A stretch of DNA of 63,374 bases, the filler included, from Octopus bimaculoides (Eukaryota), in the NCBI RefSeq assembly GCF_001194135.2. It is 3 parts of 2 records of this genome, joined end to end, with 100 filler letters (N's around TTAATTAATTAA, not from the genome) between each part and the next. Parts side by side here need not be neighbours in the genome. Positions count along the whole stretch, not along the records: positions 16,469 to 43,541 come from NC_068982.1; positions 43,642 to 63,374 come from NC_068982.1; 1 more part is not named here. The stretch is one strand, 5' to 3'. Shown in pieces: positions 39,410-49,869 of the stretch; position 1 is the first letter of the stretch; every line of letters begins with the position of its first letter. The notes beneath the pieces were generated by a model, which saw only the letters and a program-made list of their open reading frames with translations, searched no databases and was not told the origin of the DNA. The position numbers and the translations under genes were made by a program.

Positions 39410-39682
39410 CACAAGACGTTAACTTGGAAGAAATACCGCTATGCATTTTTCTTGGCGCAGAGACGACGCTGCTAGCTCGCCGCCTTAGAACCTAACTAAA
39501 TATCGGTTTCAAATTTTGGCACAAGGCAAGTAATTTCGAGGGAGGGTACTTATTTTATCGATCCCAAAAGAGATGAAAGGCAAAGTTGACCTCGGCGGAA
39601 TTTGAACTCAAAACGTAAAGACAGACGAAATACCAATAAGCAATTTGCGCGGCGTGCTAACGATTCTGCCAGCTCGACGTTT
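39410..39682 (-). mobile_element. SINE family A copies (one partial, one near-complete)
   Basis: gatgaaaggcaaagttgacctcggcggaatttgaactc. Confidence 0.8.
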
Positions 39683-40079
39683 TAACCTAACAAAATATTG
39701 CAATGCTTTTTTTTTTTTTTTGATACCTGACTAATTCTATCGAACAACCGTTCTTTATAATATAGGAATTTAGTTTTCTGACGCAGCCACAAAATCACTA
39801 GGGTACTGTAGTCTAGATCAAGGCAAGATGAAAGAAGTTGAGCTCGGAGATTGTGGTGTGTGAAGTGTGAAACTAAATAGCGCAGGGTATGCTGTTCGTT
39901 TCTCTACCGACTCTGATTATCCATACTCTTGATAAAATAATATATATATGATTTTTTTATATATAGGCGGAAGACTAGAAATTTGAGGGCAATGTAAGCA
40001 GTCGATTAAATCGATATCGGTACAAGTAAAACACCGAGTTTCCGGATAGTGATTACTCTGCACTAACTTACTAACAAAG

Positions 40080-40280
40080 AACTCCAAACTCCCGCGGCTG
40101 CCAGACTAGTCTACAGGTACTTTGCACAGTTTAGTACCGTCGACAGTACACTATTAACTTGCATGGGAAACCCGGGCCGATTGATTGGCCCAAGTGATAC
40201 AAGCGGAAAAGACTTCGGGGCCGATCCATTGACCTTATGAAACAACTGTTTTGAAGTGGAATAACCAATCAGAGATTGTC
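40080..40280. promoter_or_regulatory. CpG-rich non-repeat patch with two CCAAT boxes (candidate promoter)
   Basis: gattgattggccc (ATTGG 40184-40188) and aaccaatcag (CCAAT 40265-40269), with dense CpG. Motif-only evidence. Confidence 0.3.
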
Positions 40281-40562
40281 TTTCAGTAGATATAAAACTA
40301 TATAATATCTATAGTTTTAAATACTAATAAAATAGTTTTAGGTACTTTATCCTTTGTTTTCTACATGCACCCAACATTTTCAATCTCAACAGAAAAAACG
40401 TTTCGGTGTTTTTGGTTACACATACCAAAGCACCGTGTCTCGAAAAGGTTAATACACTCGTAGCATTTATACCAATGTACAAGTATCTATATTTCATTCG
40501 ATTATTAAAGTAAAATTAATATTTGTTTAAGTTAGATCAATGGTTTTCAGCTGGGTTCTGCA

Positions 40563-40850
40563 TGTTATTGTTCTTTGTTCCTTTTCGAGCCATGCCTGGA
40601 TCATAAGGGCCGTTTTCCCGGTTTCATTAGCATATATGTTCCCCACCTGGACGTGACGCCGTCCGTCACAGGTGAGCTACTAGATGCGGAAAGAAAGAGA
40701 GAAAGTCGGGGCAAAAGAGTCAGCAGAAGTTCGCCATTACCTTCTGCAGGAGCCTAGGTGTTTCGCTCATAAACACATACCTCGGCCGGTCTAGATTCAA
40801 ACCCGCGACAGCGACTCCTCTGCTCTAACCACTAGACCATGTGCCTCCAC
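40563..40850 (-). mobile_element. tRNA-derived SINE (family B head and body X plus tail Z)
   Basis: Reverse complement gtggaggcacatggtctagtggttagagc.., body like 29544, then gtgacggacggcgtcacgtccaggtggggaacatatatgctaatgaaaccggg. Confidence 0.8.
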
Positions 40851-41334
40851 CAGGGTTCCGTATGGAATACTTAATTATACCACTGATTTAGAGTTTGTTG
40901 ACAAAGATGACAACGCTTGGTACGGAAAAATCAGTAAACCTGAAAGGCTTTGGAACCAAGTTTGTGGAAAATCGATGTTGTACCCGTACTTGAATGGTAT
41001 TATATTTTACGATGTTGCACCCGTACTTGAATGGTATTATATTATATTTATTGATTATGAAAAGCAAAGTTGACAGCGGTCAGATTTCAACTCAAAATGT
41101 ATAGAGCCCGAACAAATATAGGTAAGACATTTTATCCGATACTCTAACAATTCTGTCAATTCACTTTCCAATGATGATAATTTCTAGCACAAGCAGAAGA
41201 CAAGAGATTTGGCAAGAGAAGCAACTATTTGATTAAGTCGTACTTGATAGAGAACGTAGAATGACCGCAAGCCAATTTGTCCGACGCTCTTAAATTTTTT
41301 CTAGTTCACCGCTTTATATCTTTTATCTTGTGCT

Positions 41335-41543
41335 TATTTATCATTAGAATGTGGTCATGCTGGAGCACCGCCTTGTAGCGCTTAGTCGAACAAATCGGCA
41401 CCAGTACTCTTTTTAAAGTCTAACACTTATTCTATTGCTCTCTTTTGCCGAACCTCTAAGTTACGGAGTGCAAACAAACCAGCATCGGTTGCCAATAATC
41501 GTGACACACAAACACCCACACCCACACACACACACACACACAC

Positions 41544-41576
<33 letters not shown>

Positions 41577-41581
41577 CATAC

Positions 41582-41613
<32 letters not shown>

Positions 41614-41780
41614 TCGTACATACGAGGGACTTCCGCTCAGTTTACCTCTACCAAAGCCATTAACAAGGCTTTGATCTGCTTGGGACTGTACTCAGAAGAA
41701 ATTTCCCCATGATGCTGCGCACTGTGACTGAACCCGAAATCATATGGTTGCAAAGCGAGATATTTTAATCACACACCATG
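41335..41780 (-). mobile_element. Complete decayed SINE family C with an internal (TA/TACA/CA)n tract
   Basis: Homologous end to end with 53808-54255. Confidence 0.8.
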
Positions 41781-43187
41781 AAATAAAAAAAAGTGATTAT
41801 TAACGACTAATCAATTTTTAGAAATAGTATTTTCGTATTTCTCACACGTCAAAGTGGATATTGTCATTAATGCAAAATAATGTTTTCTCACAGACATAAG
41901 GCCGCATAATTTTATTTTTATTTATTTTTTTTCTTTGGATTATGTTAAAAAAGTCTATCCAGGCAGCGCAAGATATTTTTCCTTCGCTCTACAAATTCTA
42001 TTTATCCATAGTCTTTAAGATACAATAATTGTTTCAAAAATTCCATCGACTAAAATATTATCGCGGATAGCGGTTAATATACTCGTTATCCTTTATACAT
42101 CTCATTAAGATAATTAAGCTGTTTTAATGCAGAAAAAAATATTATTAAATAGGTTGTGACGTTTCTTAAGAATAAAACAGACATTCAAGTCAAGTCTGTA
42201 AATGTTTTAATTTGTAACAGGAGAATTAAAAAGACAGATGGGATTTTGAAATAGGATCATCCTGTTCTATTTATGAGAATACAATATACAAACATGAAAG
42301 TAAATCAGAATCAAAGACTGTAATTACTGAACGTGATTTAAAATGCAATTGATTTAAAAGGCATATGTTGCCAATCATTTATTTAATTTGCATTAAATAA
42401 ATCTCTAACTTAACTATACTTTAAGTTTTTTTTTCCATGCGTATATCATATGTGAATATTCCCACTTACCCCATCACCAAGTGATTGTTTTTTAATGCTA
42501 ATTTTTCAAGCTTGTTCATTCACGTTATTGGACATATAATCAATCATTTCCTCTTGCCTACTTCGAAAAGAAGAGGTTTCATAAGAAGGAAATATACACA
42601 AAATTGTCTCGTGCACTTGCCTAAATTATTATAATATTATCAATCATTGAACTAATATCTCCTTATTTTTCTTTCTCACTGCTTCATTATTTTCAATTAA
42701 AGTTTGGTTGCTCATTGTATTAATGATATCAAAAGAACTTAGCTATACTTCCAATTCTGCAAACCATGTTTTATTTATTTATTATCATTTTTGAATTAGC
42801 TAGAATGCTGCTATAAATGTTGGTGACAGCTGACAGAATAATTTCTGGTAGTCTTACGATTAAGTTATTTTAAAATGAAAATATAAACTTCTTGCTGAAA
42901 CGTAGTTGCTTAACACAAGACAAACCAACAAAAGTTGAATGTAATGCATTTTATGTAAATTCAATGAGTTTTGTGTTACTATTATAAAACTCTTTATACT
43001 TATTTACATAAGTATAAAGCGTGGTCCATTTTCGTGTGTGACTTTTATGTAAGTTATGTGAAACAACAAAAAAAACATCTTAAAACTGCAGCTCCGATTT
43101 TCACTGAAGTCTACTACACAGTAAACAGAAAGATTACTAGAAGTTTTTTTTTTTTTCCAACGCAATTTCTTAAAAGAAGAGATATAG

Positions 43188-43452
43188 GTGAAGACATGAC
43201 TATGTGGTTAAGAAGCCTACCTTATGACCACGTTAGTTCGGGTTCATCCCACTGCGCGGCACCTTAGGTATCTTCTAACATAGCTCTCCGTCGACCAATG
43301 TATTATGAACGTGATAGACGAAAGCTGTGTGGAAGTTCTGTGGAAGCTATGTTTTTTCCTGCTGCTCCCACCATTTGTCAACTAGTGTTGACATGTTTAC
43401 TTTCGCGTAACTTAGCGCTTCAGCAAAAGTGTCCAATAGGATAAGTACCAGA
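43188..43452 (+). mobile_element. Decayed SINE family C copy
   Basis: tgtggttaagaagc..gttcgggttcatcccactgcgcggcacctt..cgtaacttagcgcttcagcaaaa..gataagtacca. Confidence 0.7.
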
Positions 43453-43541
43453 TTGTTTTAATTTTACTGCCTTTCTCATCCCTAACTACATTTACAGTTT
43501 AGCGGGGGAAACCTATACATATATATATATATATATATATA

Positions 43542-43641
43542 NNNNNNNNNNNNNNNNNNNNNNNNNNNNNNNNNNNNNNNNNNNNTTAATTAATTAANNN
43601 NNNNNNNNNNNNNNNNNNNNNNNNNNNNNNNNNNNNNNNNN
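43542..43641. other. Synthetic scaffold join (44 N + TTAATTAATTAA + 44 N)
   Basis: 12-mer at 43586-43597; identical to 16369-16468. Confidence 0.9.
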
Positions 43642-43677
<36 letters not shown>

Positions 43678-43758
43678 GTGTGTGTGTGTGTGTATAATTG
43701 TGTATATATATATCTTAGTATCTCAATCTCTTTATTTTCAGTAAAGGAAAGCAACACA

Positions 43759-44508
43759 ATGCCTAAACTTCTACCTTTGAAGCAGTCTGTTAGTGACCGT
43801 GTTGTTAGCCGCTTCCCAGTGAAACTTTGGCGGATCACTAATCATTGCCAGACTGGTGCTATTTCATGGGGAGCTGATGGCTGTTCTATTCGCATCAACA
43901 AGACTGATTTTGAAAGTCAGTATTTGGCTACATCTTTAAAACCATCATCACAGGGCTCAACAGCAGTTTCAACAGAGAACATACCCCAGAAATCACCATT
44001 TCTTTTGGTGCCAATGGCCTCTAATGAATCAGTATATTTCTGGTCTTTTAAAACCAAAAACTTTAGAAGCTTTATTCGTCAACTGAATATGTATGGTTTC
44101 CGCAAAATGTCACGGATATTAGCCAGTCGGAAAACAGAAAATAAAAAAGCTATATACCGAGGTGGTTATGATTCAGCAGTTGAACCTTGCAAATATACAC
44201 CAGAGAAGGTAAATTCCCAAGGACAAGATAGCAATGTCTCATCTAATCTTGTCAGCTATGATAAGATGGACTATTATGATCATGTACTGAACTCTGGTCA
44301 AGAGGAAGCTACTGACAAAAGACATTTGACTTATGAGTATTACCATCCTTTATTTCAAAGAGATCACCCAGAACTTCTTTACCAAATCCAAAGACCCAGG
44401 ACTAAGAAATCAAAAAATGATACTAGTGGACGTTTGGACACTGAAAACTTATGTGCTTTAGCTAAATGTGTTATTGAGGACAGCTTACTTTCAGGTCATC
44501 CATGGGAG
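43759..44508 (+). CDS. HSF-family transcription factor (HSF5/HSFY/HSFX-like), coding exon 1 with the whole DNA-binding domain
   Basis: RFPVKLW..ISWGADGCSIRINKTDFE..FKTKNFRSFIRQLNMYGFRKM..YEYYHPLFQRDHPELLYQIQR. Acceptor ctctttattttcag ends at 43741, ATG at 43759, donor GAG|gtaagg after 44508 (phase 0). Confidence 0.93.
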
Positions 44509-44984
44509 GTAAGGAATTCTCTCATTTTTACTCGTATTTTTTAAAAATAGTTATGAATTACAATATTTAGAAATGCACTTAGTTTAAGTTATTGGACTAA
44601 AATCCTTAATTCCGCACTTACTATGGTCATCATTAGCAATCCACCTTGTCCTCCTTACACCAGCCTATCTAACATGTTTGAATGGTTAGTGGTTGGAATT
44701 TTCATTCCAACAATTTGCAAAAAAAAAAAAAAAATGAAAAATAATACCTTCTTAGTTTGGTAAAATAGAAAATGAATTAAAACAAAGAAAACGGAAAGAA
44801 ATTTATATGATTATAAATTAATCCCTTTATTTTGTTTTGACTGATTAAAAAACACTATCTTTTGCATTACTGAAGAAAGAAAATAACATATAGGACAATA
44901 TTTTAATTGACTTATACAATTAGGTTAATTGATCTTTGTTTTTGCATAAAAAAATAATAAAAACATTTTTTTTACTTGATATAG

Positions 44985-45200
44985 TTTAGGGCAGAAGATT
45001 GGTAGAGTCATTAGAGAGTTGCACAAAATGTCTTGCAAGATTTCTTCTGGCTTGTTACATTCTGAGATCAAATCTTGCTGAGATCAACTTTGCTTTTCAT
45101 CCCTTGGGATTTGATAAAATAATAAATCAGTTAAGTTCTGGCATTGATTTTACTAATTCCATCCCTCCAAAATTGCTGGCCTTGTGCCTATATTCGTCAT
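44985..45200 (+). mobile_element. CpG-decayed SINE family A copy in intron 1
   Basis: ctgagatcaaatcttgctgagatcaactttgcttttcatcccttgggatttgataaaa is the family A body with its CpGs lost. Confidence 0.75.
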
Positions 45201-48200
45201 CATTTCATCATTGGTTTAATGTCCACTATTTCATGCTTGCATGGTCCAGACAGAGTTTATTGAGGCAGATTTTCTGAGGTTAGGTGCCCTTTCTGTTGCC
45301 AACCCTTACCTATTTCCAAGTAGGGTAGTGTCTCCTTATAGCCAGTCATATTCTTGTAGAATATTGGAAATGAATGACACTGCTTGTATGACAGTAACAC
45401 ACATTTTCTTCTTTCTTTTGAACAGTTGTTTTTTACACTTGCTCTCTACATGGTCTGTCTTGAAAACAGAAGCACACACTAGACAATTTTAATCTTACAT
45501 ATACACAACAGTAGATGAAATGCTGGCCTAGAAGTAAACATCAATAATGACAAACTAATTCAGTCAAAATCAAGTGCTTTGCTAGAAGTAGAGCACAACA
45601 ATAAAAATGAGTTGAACACATGATTATTTTGAGCAGAATATCCAGCACTCTGATGTACTGGCTACTACATTGCTGACATATAGGAATATTTATAAATTAA
45701 AGTTAGTGGATAAAATACAGTTTTGATTATAGCTATATGTAAGAACAGAAGTTAATAAAACATCATATGGATGATGATCTGGCCTGAAAATTAATGCTGC
45801 TAGAAATTAATACCCTAAAATGTCTACTAGTTATGTTGCTTCATTACTGATTTTGAGCTACTGAAGGTATTGTTTCCAAGCAATGTTGAAAATAGATACT
45901 GTCCACATTCAAAAAGATAAAGTAAACAGTAGAATTTGAGGAACCCACTGTTGGTCTCTGTTGCTGAATAATGAATATAAAAAGTGGAAAGTTAGACTTT
46001 CTCTTTTCCTCATAGCAAACCAATTTATTCCACTTTTGAACTATTTGTAGAAACTATAGTTTCACTGCAAATTACATGTCTCAGACATACAAAGCATTCA
46101 GAATTTGTATGAGACCATACAACTTGTTAGTATAGAAAGTTTAGTGCAAGCTATAAAAAGAACAGCATATTGTAGCTGTTCACTGATATTCTATAAAATT
46201 TGAGTTAAAGTGAGGTTATAAACCTATTTTCTATAGAATAATTTTTTTTTGATATGCTCTGTTTACTATCATAAAATTTGTTCTAAATGACGTTATTCAG
46301 CAGTTTTAGTTTTATTTCATCATTATGATTGTACAATGTATTAGAGATATTGTCTCTTTATATAATTAATTAAACTTAATTTTATTTATCTAAAATAATC
46401 AACAAAGGCTAAGATGATCTCAACAGATTTTGAATTCAGAACCTTGGGACCATAAAGAAGGACATTTCAAACTATCCAGTTCAATGCTCTTACCCCTGCA
46501 ACAAATTATAATTGATTTTAGATAAACATTTTATTAGAACTGTTTATATACATGATGTTAATATACAAAATAAGTGGCTTTATCTTGTGTTTCCACACGT
46601 TTTACAATTTATTCATTACTTAACACAATTACATTACAAAATTGCTTGCTACATATTTTAAATGACAATAACACAATTTATTTAACTAAAATGGCTGGAT
46701 AATGTTAACCTATTCTTGAATTATGGGCATATTATGTAATTAATTAATGAAAATTCATGAGCAAACCTAAACTTGATTGTTTTGCAGAACAATAGTAAAA
46801 TGGGGAGCAGGTTCAGCATAGCAAAGTCTATATAATTCTACATGATATTTGCCTTTACCTTGTTTTACCTTTCTATGTTGTTGTTTAGTCTCAGGTCATC
46901 CCTGGTCGAGCAGATCTATAATTAAATTGTTTCAGCTGTGGCAGCCTTATCTTTTATTTAGACAAAGTATATTTTAGTTTACTTTAGCTAATATATCTTT
47001 AATTCTTTTAGACAGTGGTTTGAGATTTGAGGGTGCCATGGCATCTATTTCTCATGAATTGTGTAACTGCGTTTAGGTTTTGCTCCACTTTCTCATGTTT
47101 GGGTAGGTGTGTGAAAGTCATGACAAGATTTTGAGAATTTCTGCTTTACAGTTATGTTTATAGTTAAATTTTCTCTCTATATTAATTTTGGTATTTAATA
47201 TCCTGATTTGTTAATGAAAATGTTTTGCTTTCCTTTTCAAATTATTAGGTGACATGTAAAATTTCACAGATTCTTCTTGTGTTCACCAGTTGATTATGTT
47301 ATTCACACAGTCAGAGACCTATATTCTGAAAGTTATTTCACATTATGATAATAGCTCCTTATTCAGAAGAAGACTCAGTGTTAGAAATAAAGATGTTAAA
47401 TTAACCTTAAAATGGCATTGATAGGCTAAAGATAAATATAATAATCTATCTACTACACACACTTTAAATCATAGCAGTTTACAGGTGTTGTTGTTACTAA
47501 TACTTATATAGGTTTTGTTAAGAAAATATATATTGAAAGAAACCTGTTTATATACTGCTGTATTGAATGTTCAATATTCTATACTGCAAGTTGTATAGTG
47601 ATGCAGATTCTAAATATTTGAATAAATACCAGAAGTAAGTATTTGTGATCAACATATAATGTATTGCATGAATGAAACAAAATATTTAGATACTAATAAA
47701 AGTTTGAACTTCAACATCAGACCTTGGATTCTGGATTGCCTATAACCGTAACCCAATTTTGAAGTGTGCTGTCTGATACACTCCACACATTTTATTTGTA
47801 ATTGTTGAATAATATCAAGAAATTTGTTAAAATATAAAACTCAACTTTGTTTTTATAGTTTATCGTCTATGACATATTTAATTCGTAGTTGAGGTTGTAT
47901 CTTTCATTTGTTATCACTGAGTGTTAATCTGAACCTGAAAACATGATATAACATGTTCTTACATTTTACAGTATTATGAACACTGTGATAGTGTGACACC
48001 ATTTCTAAATTGGAAAAAGTGAACAAAAGCTGTGCATTATACATGTGTTGTTATGAGCATCACCATAGTCATTATCATTGTTGTCATCACTACTGCCACC
48101 ACCACCTCCATGTACAGCTAATATAATGACCAGTGGGAACCAACAGATCTGTCTAATTGATGCAACCATGGAAACCCTCTTTACATAAAATGGCTATGAT

Positions 48201-49076
48201 GTATCAAGGTGTCATACATAGATTTCATTTTTCATTTTTTTCCCTTAGTTAACAGTTAATTAGGGAGGAGGGATAGTATCCATGACTTTCGCAGGTCCTC
48301 CAAGATTGATGAAATCAATGCAGCTAATGTTGTCTAGACTGGACATTTGTAAGTCAATGAGATCAATGCAGCTAATATAATCTAGCTTAGATTTCTGTAT
48401 GTTAGTGTCTGCACAGCAATTTGGTGGAATTGTAGGGGATTGCAGTTCTGAGAAGAAGAGATGAAGCAAAGTGTAGGGTCAGGGAAGTGAGTCAGAGTAA
48501 GAATGATGAGAGGGAGAGAGAGAGAGATGGGTGGATCAGGTGGACCTGGTTTGAGGACATATGCAGCTTGATAGTTAAGAGGATCAGACAAAACATTGCG
48601 GTAATGACAGAAATAGCAGAGATAGGAAACTGTGCATCATAAGCCACAATGTTTGTAGTATGTTGGTGAGTAAACCATTGCCAATCAGTGGAATGGCTTT
48701 TATTTAGATGTGATCAATGATGTTAGTGTGGAGCAGCAGCAATGTTCATTTCATAGTCGTAAGCAGGTTGATTTTATCTCAGGAATACCATAATCACCAT
48801 AATTTGATATTTACTGTAACTTTAAAATATGTTTTTGCTTACAACCTTTTATTGTCATCGTTTTTCTATTTACCTAATTTACAACCAATTTTTCATGCTA
48901 TCATTATTATTTACTTGAACTGAAGTTTTTTCCAGCAGGGTTCTTTCCTGATTCCTAACCACTTATCTATGAAGGAAGAGTGAAACCAAATGGTATATAT
49001 TAGAAATTGTAAATTTAGTGCTTTTAACTGGCCAGTGCAGCAAAATTCAATTGCTTTGATTTCTTCTCATTTACAG

Positions 49077-49281
49077 ATACCAAGCCGGAAGCCTTTGTGG
49101 CTAGAAAACAACTATAAACAGTCAAAAAACAATGAATCTGTAAATCAACAGCTGCAGAGTAAGATTAATTTACCAAAAGGTTCTCCATTTAACTACTTGA
49201 TCAATCAGAATTTACCTAAATTGACATGTGATGGGCTAAGACAGAATTCTGCAAATCAGTCATTATCCTCAAATAACACGG
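49077..49281 (+). CDS. HSF-like gene, coding exon 2
   Basis: ttcttctcatttacag|ATA CCA.. reads IPSRKPLWLENNYKQ..SLSSNNT G|gtaaat. Phase 0 in, phase 1 out, no stops. Confidence 0.75.
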
Positions 49282-49529
49282 GTAAATTAATTGTCCTTCT
49301 ATTATTATCATTACTGTTATCATTATCAGCAATGGTAGCAGTATTATCCATATTCTCATCATCATTTTTTTGTAATTTATACAGCCCAAAATAACCTGTT
49401 TCTGACTGTTCATATGTTTTATCATTTCCTCAACAGAGCTTATTTTTTCTTTGATTGTGTTAACTTATCCTGAATTTTCCTTAACAACAGTGTTGATTAC
49501 TTCCTCCTCACTTATGGCACAGTTTCAAA

Positions 49530-49795
49530 TATAGAGATAACAAACTGAATAGAATACAGTTCTATATTTAAGAGATGAGGAATTATGTACATTATTTACA
49601 TTATTTACATTTGATGGATATTTGTCCTCATCTTGTCTGTTGTTAACACAAAGTTTTGGCTGATATACTTTCCAGCCTTCATCGGGTGTCTTGGGGAAAT
49701 TTCGAACCCGAGTTCTCATTCCTAAGGTATTTTTCAATCTTATTATTATTATTATTATTATTATTATCATTATTATTATCATTATTATTATTCAG
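49530..49795 (-). mobile_element. (AAT)n-associated retroposon terminal fragment with a degenerate hammerhead-like motif
   Basis: Reverse complement gacacccgatgaaggctggaaagtatatcagccaaaactttgtgt. Confidence 0.5.
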
Positions 49796-49830
49796 GTCAC
49801 TGCTTGGAATCAAACTCGGANNNNNNNNNN

Positions 49831-49865
<35 letters not shown>

Positions 49866-49869
<4 letters not shown>

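Noticed and set aside
43678-43758. ORF-track N-terminus MCVCVYNC.. of the HSF-like protein
   Set aside because: It lies in microsatellite upstream of the acceptor at 43741. The ATG at 43759 or an upstream exon is more plausible.
44509-44544. Single-exon, retrogene-like reading of the HSF ORF ending at 44544
   Set aside because: A strong donor (GAG|gtaagg) and phase-compatible downstream exons indicate splicing.
48300-48400. 48-bp tandem repeat tcaatgcagctaat
   Set aside because: Two copies only, in decayed repeat-like intronic sequence, with no further structure.
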